Assembly (NCBI GenBank): GCA_964016885.1
Contig: OZ024741.1
Coordinates: 123,938,001-124,002,000 of the forward strand
Direction: 5' to 3'
DNA: 64,000 nucleotides
From: Eledone cirrhosa
Lineage: Eukaryota
Shown here: positions 14,734 through 28,802 of the stretch, piece by piece
Layout of the letters: each line of letters opens with the position of its first letter
Numbering within the stretch: the stretch's first letter is position 1
Made by a program: the position numbers and the translations under genes
The notes under the pieces: model-generated
Databases searched by the model: none
Told to the model about the DNA's origin: nothing
What the model saw: only the letters and a program-made list of their open reading frames with translations

Positions 14734-15992
14734 AGAGGGTGGATTGAAAGGTTCATAGGCTGTATGAAGGTGATGTTAGAGCTATGAAATCTTGCAGGCA
14801 TTAATTTCAGCTCTTCTTATTAATAGCTGCATTTTTTTCCTTCCAGGTAAACTTACATTTGACTGTTCAAAGAAGATTCAAAGTAACTAGTAGCGACTTA
14901 TCTTGTAAATGGACATTATTTGACATCGTGGTGTTATCAAGTACCTGCAGCTAATGGATTTAGCCCCCAAAAGATTTCACGCTAACACGATTGCTACATT
15001 AGGGGGTGAGGCTCTAGCTTTATCAACAGTGCAAAAATGGGAAGCAGAATTTAGGAGGGGAAGGGAGGGTTTTGAAGATGATCCAAGGTCTGGACTTCCA
15101 GCAACTGCCTCCACCGAAGAAAACATGGATCATGTTCAGCACATGGTGATGGATCACCTGTGATTGAATATAAATTAAATACCCAATCCTATTAGCATAT
15201 CCTGTGAGAGAGTTGAGAATATTATGTACAATAAACTTAGCATGACTAATGTCTCTGCTCGGTGGGTGCCACGACTTCTGACCCCGATTCAAAATCACAT
15301 CTGGTTGATTACACCGTTGGAAAATATGACATTGTTTGAGGCAGATTCAGCTGGTTTCGTAGAACATTTCCTAACTCAGAATGAGTGTGGGTTCATCACA
15401 TTGAGCTAGGATGATTAACACTCCATGCAGTGGAAACACCCACCTCACCTGCTCCAAAGCAGACCAAGTTCATTTTATCTGCAGGGAAGTGATGGCCTCA
15501 GTTTTGGGGGATGCAAAAGTCATTGTGTTTATTGACTATCATCAAAAGGGCCACACCGCCAATGAAGAGTACTATGCTGACGCATTTACGTATGGCTATC
15601 AAGACCAAACGCCGAGGAAATCTGACGAAAGTGGGTCTTGTTTCATCAGGACAATGTTCCAGCACAGCAGTTCTTGGATTTAACGGCAGTGGTGCGTGAT
15701 TGTGGCTTTCAACTGGTTGATCACCCTCCCTATTCTCATGATTTGTCACCATCTGACTAGTATATCTTCCCTACATGAAAAAACACTTGGCTGGGAATCA
15801 GTATTGCAGTGGTGGTGAAATCATATCTACTGTTGATGAATTTGTTTTACCAAAAAGATGAAAACATCTTCACCAATGTGATCGAAGCACTGCAACACCG
15901 ATGGAAGAAGTATATTGACCGCAAGAGGGGTAATATTATTTAGTCACATTCCATAGGCTTGGTTAACCTATGAACTTTTCATCCGGGTCTGG
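14734..15992 (+). mobile_element. Decayed mariner (Tc1/mariner) transposon
   Basis: Degenerate TIRs (agagggtggattgaaaggttcataggct / aacctatgaacttttcatccgggtctgg) with TA at both ends; transposase motifs inside. Confidence 0.92.
14909..15935 (+). pseudogene. Mariner transposase pseudogene
   Basis: KWEAEFRRGREGFEDDPRSG, SARWVPRLLT and HPPYSHDLSPSD motifs; several stops and frameshifts. Confidence 0.92.
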
Positions 15993-17851
15993 TAGATATC
16001 GATACGTTCTCACCAATATTAACTGAGTACAATGATTTATCAGAAGGATTTCAGTTTTTTTCTACCCACACACTTGAGTCAACCCTACAAATAAGGCCTG
16101 GCTATGATGTCCTAGTAGGTTACGAGACAGATTGAAACAGACAACACCCCCCTCCTCTCTCTCTATCTATCTCTCTCTCTCTCCCTCTCCACCCGAGTAT
16201 ATATATAGGCAGCGAGTGTATGTTTGTGAAATTAACATGCACCTTTAACGTACTGCTCATGGAGATTAAGTGTAAGTCAGTATTTAACATGTTTGAATTA
16301 CAAATACAGTTCCTCTTTCAGCTGAATGAGATGAAAAAAAAATGTTGCTCAAGGACACAAAGCGATCTCACTAACTTTCGATCGGGAACTGGACACACTA
16401 ATATCAAAGCCGCACGCTTCACATATTTTGTTAACAAATCGGATTTTGAATAATTGAGGCCTGCTGGTAACATCAGTGGAAATGTAAAGCCTGGATATCA
16501 TTGATATGCGAGATTATTAACGCCTTGGCAATCTCTGTAGGTGGTTGTCAGTTTGGCACAATGTTCTAACCTCTTATAGCCTTTATTTGATATTTCAGTA
16601 ACTTGGGTGTTGTGTTGAAGCGTCTTATATTGCTTTACCAAGTGGATAATCTTATTACCTTCACACTGTAGCGGTATTACATTATACAGAAAAACCCTAA
16701 CATTCTCCTTGGCCTGCGAAACAAACACCCATACACACACGGGAACCATGGTTTCGTTGAAATTAAGCCCATATATTAGGAATTTCTCTAATATAAAACG
16801 TAAAAATAGAAGCAAAAGTCAAGGAATGTAAAACAAAGTGTTAACTATAAATGGGAAGATGTCATTATCTGAATCACGGACGGCAGAATAATCGAGAAAA
16901 ATGCTGCCACATGAGAAAGAAAAGCTATGAAGTTGTACAAATGCAGAATCAGGAATTTGAAAAAAGAAATCTCGTTATTTACTTTGGTAATTGAAAGTAA
17001 TGGTAAATATAGGGAAATACAGAATTGTCTAGAGCCGAGTTAAATACTCAATAGCGCATATATATAATCAATGCTGACTGTATATAATCAGCAATTTCTC
17101 TTTACGATGGAAAATGTTCATCTGTATCCTATGTTATCGTGTGTAATAGGAACATTTTAAAACTAAATTTAAGGGCAAAAGAGGGGAAGACAACGTTTTC
17201 TATAAATGGTGCGTTTTCGGAAATGTCTACTGAGCCTAGAAGTTCTATTTAATAAATAACTGTTCCTGATTTGGCACAAGTCCAACCTATATATTACTGG
17301 TGTTTTATCAACAACTTCGTTTTGATGTCGACAATTGATGTTTTCATAAGAATTTATATTGACATATCAACTAAATCTATTTCCAGCACTTAAACAGCAT
17401 GGGCTTTGAAAGATTTTAGTCAACATTTTTTTTCTTTTTTACTGTGGGGCATATACAATTTATTTCAACGGATTCTATTTATCAAGTTTTAGTTGAAATT
17501 TTAGAGGGACACCGACTGGAAAGTGAAGAAGTATGCGAGAAAATGTTTAGATAGCTGGAAATAAATTAGGAGAGTTCTGAACAAAATTCTGTGGTTTACC
17601 ATTTCATTAAAGTGTGGTTGGCTCCTAATTTTCCAGTTTTACAATTAATTCTTTTTACACCGAACCTGATTCTTTGATACAAAACTATTTGTTTTAAATT
17701 GTTTATATTTATCAAAAAAAAAAGAAACATTCCTTTGTAATTTTATGTAACTTAATTATATTACAACCCTCCTCCTCCCCACCCCCCAGATTTGACGGGA
17801 CAAATATGTTTATGTTCCGCGAACCATGAAACACGAAATCGGTGTTGTGAC

Positions 17852-17903
<52 letters not shown>

Positions 17904-17906
<3 letters not shown>

Positions 17907-18027
17907 CAAAGAAAATGTGGTAAGAAGAAACCATGTGGACCATAACGCACGAGAGTACTCGATACGTAGGGTGGTAGAGTGGGTAATAGGAAAAGAGTCA
18001 GAACCCCGACGGGGTCCTGACTCTTTT

Positions 18028-18032
<5 letters not shown>
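17904..18032 (-). mobile_element. Short TA-flanked PLE-type 3' end with terminal 23-bp hairpin
   Basis: Homologous to 34964-35168 and 49995-50071; arms 17986-18008 and 18010-18032. Confidence 0.8.
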
Positions 18033-18063
<31 letters not shown>

Positions 18064-18967
18064 AGTGTTTCGGATGGTTCCGCTAAGCGTAAAAGCAGAG
18101 ATTTTTTACTTGACCTTTTAATCTGTTATATGTATATATATATATATATCCTAAACGGACGGTAGTTGTGGTCGTGTTTTCGTTGGCAATCGTCTGTTTA
18201 CGACAGTACAGCGCGGCTCTACTTTATTTAACTGAGATAAAACTTATATGAGCATGAACAGTAGATCATTACGCATCTTTTGGCTTAAAAATCTAGAAAT
18301 TTGGTCCAGCGGGAAAAAGTTTATAATCAAAGTTTGCTGATAAATCTTGTGTTCAAGTGAATGAGTAGTAAGCGTGACGCTAGGGGAGGTAATGCAGAAA
18401 TGACGAATTTTTTTCGGCGGAACTCTTGTGATTGTGATTACGTTAGTCAAATGTAGTCAAATCGCCGAATCCCCTCCTCCTAATTGACTACGTCATTTCT
18501 GAACGGCCCTACTTGCGTCAGTGTGAAACATTACTTCACTTTTCACTGCTAAAATGCTTTTTAAATACTTCGTTAAAAATGTATGTTTATTATCAAAGCT
18601 ATTTTTTGTACCAATCTATCAATAGTTTGCGAAACTATAGGTAAACATGTGAGTTAAATTTTTAATCGCATCGATCGCTTTGTCGCACCGACTGTGACAC
18701 TGTCTGACTGTCTGTCTGACTGACACCTTTGTCGGACCGACACCTTTGTTCAAGCGGACAACTTTGTGTCACTGACACCTTTGTTCGTGCCGGCATCTCT
18801 GCGAAACACCGATGACAACAACCAGACCAAAATGTCACTTCATTCTTCATTGTTCTTCAAGACCGATCGCCGACCGATCGTATCGGTTGCTCTTCATATA
18901 CCAGGTATTCAACAGATAGTTTGCACTTCTAGTATTATTAACAGTCGTGCGATTTTTTGTACCAATA

Positions 18968-19080
18968 GGTGCGAAAAGTGCGCTATAAATATAGCGCACT
19001 ATTCGCACCGATAGGTGCGAATAGTGCGATAGGTGCGAATAGTGCGATAGGGGCGAATAGTGCGATAGGTGCGAATAGTG
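18968..19080. repeat. 20-bp-arm palindrome followed by four tandem 18-mers of the arm
   Basis: ggtgcgaaaagtgcgctata-aa-tatagcgcactattcgcacc, then (gataggtgcgaatagtgc) x4. Confidence 0.9.
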
Positions 19081-19251
19081 TACAATATTTTCTGAGATTT
19101 GCATCCACTAATTTCGCTTAATTAAAAATGATGTTTCGCGGCTTTTTGATCGGCTTATTCATTTTTTCCATGGCACGGAAATGGAGTATTTCCATTTCGA
19201 ATCAAAACTTTTCACTAAAATCGGGCAATTGGACTGATCAAATTCACATTC

Positions 19252-19835
19252 ATGCCAGTTTTTACAAATCCATAATTAGAAATGTGGCGAAATCGAATGA
19301 CCAGAAGGTATAAAAATATTAATTCAAATGTATTTACTTATCATACCAACAAAAATACTTAGATATTTTGTATACCTGGGGCTCGTCAGGGCCAGGTAAT
19401 GTTCGTCTCACCGTTGGCACTACAAAGCTGTGCAAAGTAATACAATAATTTTTGCCCAAGTATTTTTTATTAATCATTTATTTGTAAAGTGCCCATTCGA
19501 GGTCCAAAACCGGAAAACAGGGGAAGAGTCTCTTTGCAAGGCTACAGAAAATAGCGGAAAAGCACCACTGTACACCCATTTTCTACAGTGGTGTCATTCC
19601 ACGTCCACAAAGTGTAATTGAAAATAAAAATGACTTGGGCAAGAGAAATTCTCGTTTGGAAAAGTTTAATTACTGCATGAAAGAAATGATTCAAAAATTG
19701 AACTTGCCCAATCTTCACAACATTGAAAATTGGTCAAAATTTGACAAATCTGACTTCAAACCAGATATGATTCATTTGAACAATGTTGGAAATCTTAAAT
19801 TGACACAAATTTTTGCCAATGTTTTTGCCACCTGA
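19252..19835 (+). pseudogene. SGNH/GDSL hydrolase relic with short introns
   Basis: Blocks in order: [x]SIIRNV (I); GT-AG intron 19308-19362 joins DQK to IFCIPGAR (II) in frame; LTVGT (III-like); open frame 19488-19835 IFYSGVIPRP...FKPDMIHLNNVGNLKL (V, DxxH); AATAAA near 19873; frameshifts in the 5' half. Confidence 0.75.
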
Positions 19836-20015
19836 TCCTTGTTCTATGGCTGACTGACTAATTTTGTGACTTAATAAAATGTCATCATACTAGTAATGCA
19901 CAATGGTCATTTTTAAATTTAAATTTTAATAAATAGTTGTTGCTTGCATTGCCTTAAAATAGTAACAAGAATGTACACATACATTTTAAAAATACATCAT
20001 TATCAGTCAAATCAG

Positions 20016-20375
20016 TCAAATGTCACTAAAAGCCAGGTGGTCGATAACAACGTCTATAAGATTAGTTACATGCTCACACATTGGATCACCTCTCATCAAT
20101 GGCATTGGGTATCTGAGATAATCGTGGAGATAACTGATGAAGTCACAAATGAAGCGATGGTCTTCCAGTGTGAACAACTCCCTATATCCATTGATATATG
20201 TGATGGCTTCCGATTCATAGGTGCATTTTATGAGGAATTCCATGCATCCGATTTTCAGTGATTCAATGGGCATTTTATCAGAGATGATAAGGTATTTGAC
20301 CACGTTTTGCTTTGTAAGTAAATTGGAGAGAATCACTGCAGTCAAAATCATTTCTTTGCATGGGTTTTTGTCCAT
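20016..20375 (-). CDS. 119-aa ORF with a BACK-domain-like helical segment (probably mobile-element cargo)
   Basis: Intact non-repetitive ORF; NLLTKQNVVKYLIISDKMPIESLKIGCMEFL resembles the SPOP/BACK pattern L..eN...iL..Ad......Lk..c..Fi; acceptor-like ttttag just before the ATG. Confidence 0.45.
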   Translation of the reverse strand: MDKNPCKEMILTAVILSNLLTKQNVVKYLIISDKMPIESLKIGCMEFLIKCTYESEAITYINGYRELFTLEDHRFICDFISYLHDYLRYPMPLMRGDPMCEHVTNLIDVVIDHLAFSDI

Positions 20376-20648
20376 TCTAAAAAGTTAAAATGATAAAGTA
20401 TTACTACTATATAACTTACATCTATTGTTGTAACACCATTGAAATGCACAAGTTTCACCAATTCACTATTATGCACTAATCATCTCAAATGCATTCATGA
20501 TTTACTAGCTTTGTCATTAAGCCAGTTGCCTCAACTAGATTGCAATTATACTCAAAAGAACTTTAAAATGTCAATCACTTGTCAGTAATTCACTATGATC
20601 ATTTAATTATTAGATAGTTGTTGCTTGCATTGCCTTAAAAAATAGTAG

Positions 20649-21672
20649 ACCAGATAGAAAAATGCGTACAGCAAAAAAAAGTAATATTGCTGGAATATAA
20701 ACTTTTAAAAATACAGGACAAGAAACTAAAATAAAACTTTAAAAGAATAGGACAAGAAACTAAGATAAAACTTTAAAAGAATAGGACAAGAAACTAAGAT
20801 AAAACGTTAAAGAATTGGACAAGAAATAAAATATTTTACAATAATATTAGTGGCAACATTTTTTTATTCGTTTCCTGTGCTATGCCCCAGTATCTTCTTG
20901 ATTAGTGCATAATAATTGTCATGCTCTCATTGTGCGTTGCCCCTGAGCAGTTGGTTCTGGTTGGGGTTGGTTGGCTGAGCAGTTCTGCTCCGTCAGAATG
21001 ACCATTGCAAGAAGAATTGGCCGATGCAGCTGCAGGTCTCCTCCAAGAATGCACTTCTGGTCCCGCAACACCAGACGAAGATGGAGAAGACGACCGGGAC
21101 AAGATGTCGACTCTGACCACCGACTACGGCACCTCCCTCAACAACCGGTCCTCCCTCCCTCTGTCCCGTCATCCATCCAGTCCTCCTGCTCCCCCTTCCT
21201 GTACCAGAAAGCTGTGGCACGCATTCATCTGGACTGACGGACTTGAACTCAAGGACAAGATGCAAGGAGAAGATGGACGGGTTGGTCAAGATCAAGGATG
21301 AGCGGGACAAGAGCGTCCGCTGCTGCTCAAGATCTGTGCTCATGGGCCCATGGGTCCATTCACATTATGCATGACACATGAGGCGTGTCGCCGAATGATG
21401 AAATAGGGGTATGGTTATGGCCCAATTGGTGTTCAAACCAGGATCAAATGATCCCCCCGGTCTGACGACGACCTCTGAATGTGGAACCCAGAGCCTATGA
21501 ATGTGGAACTCGATTTTTTACCAATAAAAATGTTGCCACTAATATTATTGTAAACATTTTTATTTCTTGTCGAATTCTTTAAAGTTTTATCTTAGTTTCT
21601 TGTCCTGTATTTTTAAAGGTTTATATTCCAACAATATTACTTTTTTTTGCTGTACGCATTTTTCTATCTGGT
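20649..21672. repeat. Inverted arms (20649-20868 and 21523-21672) around a GC-rich coding-like core
   Basis: Arms are reverse complements; a 34-bp unit occurs three times plus partial in the left arm and once plus partial in the right. Confidence 0.88.
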
Positions 21673-21770
21673 ATATATATATATATAGTGAAAACTGCAA
21701 CGGGAACAAAAACAGAGAGGCAGTACAAACAAAGGTTTATTAGTTTCACACACTTGAGAGTGGAAGGGGG

Positions 21771-21798
21771 GACGTTTCGGGCATAAACCCTTCTTCAG
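21771..21798 (-). ncRNA. Minimal PLE-type hammerhead core
   Basis: CTGAAGA aggg tttatg ccc GAAA cg TC; stem I pairing not evident; same 3' half recurs near 37165-37179. Confidence 0.55.
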
Positions 21799-22232
21799 GA
21801 GAAAAGTGGGTGAGAAGAGAGTTCCGAAGGTGAGTGGGGAGTGGTGCAGAGACATTTAGAAAAAAGGGCGGTGAAAAGGGAGGAAAAACGGTGGAAGGGG
21901 TACAAATAAAAATAAAAATAAACATAAAGATAAACAAGGGGTGGAAGGGTGTGGGGCGTCTAGAGGTGGTGGTTGGTGGAGTTGGGAGAGGGAGGCAGGG
22001 AGTCCGAGCGGGGAGGGATGAAGGTGGTATTTGTGTGTGTGTGTAGGTGTAGGTGTGCGTGTGTGTATGTGAATGTGAGAGTTGGGGAAAGAACGAGGTT
22101 CCATGTTCAAGAAAAGGTGTGTTTGTGTGGTGGGGTGTAGATCGGTGTGTGCATGCGTATGGATGGGGGGGGGGGTATTCCGGAGGCTGAGTATATATTC
22201 TGGGTTCAATCGGGGGTAACCACAGTAATAAG

Positions 22233-22283
22233 AGCTTCCTGAGGATTTCTCACGAATGAAACAATTCTAGTCCTGCAGAAGCT
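22233..22283 (+). ncRNA. Hammerhead ribozyme copy (decayed), same family as 33546
   Basis: agcttc CTGAGGA tttctcacgaat GAAA caa..ctg CA gaagct; U16.1 changed to C; inverted partial copy at about 22325-22366. Confidence 0.65.
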
Positions 22284-22462
22284 TTTCTAATTAAAAAAAT
22301 ATATATATATATTTAATGTGGAAAGGCTTCTACAGGACTAGAACTGTTTCATTCCGGAGAAATCCTATATGCAGAAGCCTTTCTACATTAAATATTTATA
22401 CTCTGCTTTGTATTGAGTACCTTACTTACTGTGGTTTCCCCTGATTGATCTCGGGATAAACT

Positions 22463-22493
<31 letters not shown>

Positions 22494-22882
22494 TGAGAGA
22501 GAGAGAGAGAGAGAGGGGGGGGGATTATGAATATTCCCCTCTCATGCACCACCGACATCCCAAATATTAATACGATATCCACCTCCTAGGACAGCACCAT
22601 AACTACTATCACCGTTGATTAGTTTTAATTAACTGCCATGAAGGAAAGGTGTCCATTCTAAACTTTCAGACATAAATAAATATCTTCTAATGGGCATGAG
22701 GGCTATAAATTTAACATCTCAACATTTATTGCTGCTAGTTGAGCAGGAGAGAAAGGATGTAGGCGAGAGTAATACGTTAGAAGGAGAGGGGCTGGAAGAA
22801 AACTGGAGTGGTGAGAAAGGACAATGAAAGGAGTTATAAGATAAGAATAATATGGAGACAGAGAATGCGAGAGATAGAGAGA

Positions 22883-22974
<92 letters not shown>

Positions 22975-23510
22975 GTATAGGTATTAGGGAGTTAGAAAGA
23001 ATTGTGAGAGGAAAAGAGAATGATTGGACGAAATGAGACATAATACTCACCCGCATGTGTGTATATATATGTATATATATATATATATATAGTGTGTGTG
23101 TGTGTGTGTGTATGTGTGTGTGCGCGCGTGCGTGTGTGCTTTTTGTACACACACATAAATGAGTTGTACCAGTAATTTGAAGGGTTTTTCTTTGCACATT
23201 CTTTGTCGCGCTGAGTCTCACTGAGAACTACTTCAAGTAGATCGAGTCTGGATTGGACCAACACCGCCTCGTCGCCTTCCGATCCCCTTCCCAACGAAAA
23301 TGTGGTGCGTGCTTAATTCGGTGTCCAGCTCATCAAGCGCTACCATTCCTGATGACGTCTGCACACGGATCGGAGTAGCTCAACGCCACGGCCTTCCTGT
23401 GTGTGAGTCACATAAATGCCGTTGACAAGTTCGGCATGCACCCACTGTTCCATTCGTGAGAAATCATCAGTGATTTCTCACGATGATTGAACCCGGGTTA
23501 ACCTATATAT

Positions 23511-23632
<122 letters not shown>

Positions 23633-24659
23633 CTATATGTATATATGTAAGTATATTTGCATATGTATATAAGTTTTTATATATATATATATATATATAT
23701 ATAAATGTGTTTGTGTGTGTGTCTTGGGTGAATGTTTATAACAATATCTCTAACATCTATCATCGAGAGTTGTACACATTGTTGTTGGTTGTTACTGTTG
23801 TTTAACCTCAGGTCATGAGAGCCTTGAGTAGAATACCTTGTGTTTCTGCGGACGACTGCAATCTGCCAATCTTACAAAAATATTGATTTATAATATTGGC
23901 AGAATAATTAGAATGTTGGATAAAATGCTTCGTACAATTCGTATTCATACGAACAGAAATACATGTGTATGTACGTGAGTGTATGGGTGTGTATAATAAT
24001 TTGTTTTCAGTTTCGAATATTTATGCCTTACTTGTGGTTACATAGATATAAATATTTCTAACTCCTTCAGATAGCTATATATATATATTTAAAGACAACT
24101 GAAATATCTTAAATCTTGGTATTTGGCGCTGTTCAGCTCGAAGGTTTGGTCACATACTTCTCCCCGTGTGACTATGAGTCTAATCAGAACGACATCTAAA
24201 ATCAGAGATGTCTGCATGACTTGCTCAAATGATATTTCTGTCAGGTCTACCTTTATATTCCATGATTGAGCCATTTGATGTAGGCCCAATGTTGTTTTAA
24301 CTGTGCCAGGTTATCTTTTTATCAAATCCATTAATATAATGTATTGTGTTGATATGCAATATAAACATTTCTTGCATAAACGCATGTTTAAACTACTGTC
24401 ATATCTAATATGGCTCCCCATGTCTGATAGAATGTACATCCAGCAAAGACAGGAAATGAATTTAAATCTACAATAGAGTGGAATACATTTCAAGAATTAA
24501 TTATTCATATTTCATTCATCTTAATTAATGTTCAGAACTCCGAGGAATCACGATCCTTTAAGATAGCTTTTATTAGTATTGTTTCATATTTTGGTTTGTT
24601 AGTTTTTCCATTTACAGAGAAGCTTGCTAATATATCATTTGTTTCTCTGCATTTATTTG

Positions 24660-25420
<761 letters not shown>

Positions 25421-26189
25421 GGGTGTATTAAGTTGTGCGCTAAGCCGCTGGAGTATATGATCCATGTATGTCTCTATTCGTAGTAGAAGAAACCAACATT
25501 GCATAAATGTATTCATGAATTCACATTGTTTTAGAATGCAAAGATGTAAGCATGCCAAATATTCATATTTCTTTGTAAATTGAAAAATACGATAAATTCG
25601 TTCAATGTGTAGATGACTGTCAGCATAGTATTTTATGTAATTCTAGACAATAGACCGGGGATCATATTCGATATTGCAGTACATTTGTCCTTAGTTAAAT
25701 GAACTATTTCTAACAGCTATTGTCACTCCTCATTGTCAAATTAATGGCAGAACCTGGAGTTATCCAGGAAAGCTCGAGCCCGATTCCTTCAACCATTAGG
25801 AGAGTATGGAAGAATTAAAATTCTAATCCCTGGAGCTAAATCTAATACGCAGTTATTATACATATAGAAGATCCAGGAACGATTAGCAACAAACTTTGGC
25901 AGTTAGAACTGCACAAATCCTCGAACCCGACAGCATTGCGTAGGGCGAAATACCCCATCTTTCAAATCTAGTGTAAAGATTTGTTGTTGTAATACCTCGA
26001 GGTTCAACATCCCGATGTTCTAAATATGCTGTCAAAACAGCATCTCTCCATTCTAATAACCAAAATGCCAAATGAGCCCACACTTCGAGACTAATGCAAA
26101 TAAGACTAAGTGTGATAAACTTCCTCATGTGTAAATGGTCAACCAAGGGAAAACGGGTATAGTAAGTACAGCCACAATACTACAATACC

Positions 26190-27866
26190 GCATTAGAGAA
26201 GGCAGGCCACTTAGATAGAGTAGAATATATAGATGAAAGCCTCCGCAAAGCGCACACGAACACGCATAACACAAACCCAGAAACACACGCACACACGCAC
26301 TTACGCATAGAACTACAAAGTATACGGTAAATACAAATACAACATCGAAATCAAACAAGTCACGCAGTAGAAAATATATTTGGTATAACCCCATATTTAA
26401 CACCTCTATTAGTATTAACCTACCCTCTACCTTCTTCAGAATAATAAATAAGCACTTTCCAGATTCACATAGATACAGCAACATCCTTAACACTAAATCT
26501 AATAGACTATCTTACTCCACGGCATCAAATATAGAGGCACACATTAAGATGCTTAACGCTAAAAAGATACATAACAACATTAGAACACAAATTTACAACA
26601 ATAACAATACAATCACCATTGAACACAACAGAATATCTAATACACAACCACCCACTAATAGGCAAACAACACGTAACACACTTGTACAGGCATCGCAGCC
26701 CACAAATAATGCTAAAGTTGCCCATGACAAGAATTGTAACTGCCACCTACCTGAAACATGTCCATTACATAATGAATGTATGCAGTCTAACCTGGTTTAT
26801 CAATGCACAGTAGAATCAGACAACCAGAAATGGTATTACATCGGAGCGACTGGGAATACATTTAAAGCCCGTTGGTATACACACCGTTACGCAATGAAAC
26901 ATTCCCAACATCGTTATGTAACTACCCTTGCAAAGAAGACCTGGCAACTGAGGGAAAGTAACCACAAATACGCCCTGAAGTGGAAAAAATTAGCGAACGC
27001 GCCCCCATATCGGAGTGGTATGAGAAGCTGTCGATTATGTGACCTTGGGCTGTTCCACATATTGAGTTCAAAGAATAAGTTACTCAAAAATAAAATCGAA
27101 AGATGAATTTATTGTAACCATAGACTCAAAGTAAGGTTTTCGCACTACGAGTGCAAATCGAACCCTTAAACTCTTACTACCACCTGACACACTGCATATA
27201 CTTAGGCTTTCTACCCTCTTATTGTATCTAACCCCTTTAATTACCCACAAAAACCAATACCTATATCCCTCCCTTCTCCTTCATTCCTTTTCTATTTCTT
27301 TTCGTTTTCTTCCTTTCTTCTGTCCCCTTTTTGGCCATCTTTTCTCTTCTTCTTTCTCCCCCCTTCTTTATTTTTATTTTTATTTCATATATATATATTT
27401 ATCTCTCTATATTTCCCCCTCTCTCTCTCTCTCCATCCCTCCCACTATAAACAATTTCATTCTCTTTAACTCACTACAATCTAAATCGACGACATGAAGT
27501 CTATGTATCAAAACTGATCAAGGAATCCTTCCACCTCTACCCCTCCCTCCATCTCAGTTTGTCACTCTATTTCCTAACTCTTCTCCCCCTTCCTCTCTCT
27601 CTATACTATTCCGTTTGTCCCCCCACTTTCCTCTTCCTCTCTCTCTATACTAGGAAATACAATTCCAAAAAAATGTTTTTCTCTATATATCAAGAACTTT
27701 TTTAAGAGTAATTTATTCACTATTTTGAAAGTTTGGACGTGAACAACAATTATCATTGAGTGGCTGCTATTTGCAGTATAGCGATATAAGGTTGCACTTA
27801 CCAATGAAACGGTCGCAAATACCTGGATAAAGTCCTTTTCTTAATGCTTACCTGTGTTTTCTCTTT

Positions 27867-27872
<6 letters not shown>
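26190..27872 (+). mobile_element. 5'-truncated Naiad-type Penelope-like element (thumb, linker, GIY-YIG, pLTR)
   Basis: In-frame RSRKYIWYNPIFN...KHFP..H...LSYS, CNCHLPETCPLHNEC, LVYQ..YYIGATGNTFKARWYTH, CRLC; premature TGA at 27104; ends in (TA)n; 5' boundary approximate. Confidence 0.9.
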
Positions 27873-27922
<50 letters not shown>

Positions 27923-27948
27923 ACATATATATATATACATATATATAC

Positions 27949-28027
<79 letters not shown>

Positions 28028-28061
28028 TATATATATACATATATATATATACATATATATA

Positions 28062-28107
<46 letters not shown>

Positions 28108-28204
28108 CATATATATATATATACATATACATATATATATACATATATATATATACATATACATATATATATATATACATATACATATATATATACATAT
28201 ATAC

Positions 28205-28253
<49 letters not shown>

Positions 28254-28254
28254 C

Positions 28255-28304
<50 letters not shown>

Positions 28305-28305
<1 letters not shown>

Positions 28306-28716
28306 AATTGAAACAAAATGAAAACGAAATTTCATTTCTCACTCTTAGTATGGCACTTACTTAAATGTAAGTATGCATGTATACGTACATACATATATGT
28401 ATACAGACGTACAGTAGCATGCACATATATATATATATATAAATATATACATACATATGCATACAGGTACACATACATATATGCACGTATCAGTTTAGCG
28501 GCGCTTATTATAACGTCGCTTTGTTCGTTTGTAAACAAACTGAACAGCCTTAATTTATGCCATACGGTATAAAAAGGTGACGTGGTTGCCTTAACACCGT
28601 ATGGCATAAATTCAGGCTGTTCAGTTTGTTTACAAACGAACAAAGCGACGTTATAATAAGCGCCGCTAAACTGATACGTGCATATATGTATGTGTACCTG
28701 TATGCATATGTATGTA

Positions 28717-28750
<34 letters not shown>

Positions 28751-28802
28751 CATGCTACTGTACGTCTGTATACATATATGTATGTACGTATACATGCATA
28801 CT

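Noticed and set aside
18383-18510. Possible TIR MITE (cagaaatgacg / cgtcatttctg)
   Set aside because: Only an 11-bp inverted match with no clear TSD or paired termini.
27104-27106. In-frame TGA as possible selenocysteine (some Naiad elements are selenoproteins)
   Set aside because: The sister copy at 8.6 kb has TCA (Ser) here and the Cys motifs use TGT/TGC, so it is a nonsense mutation.
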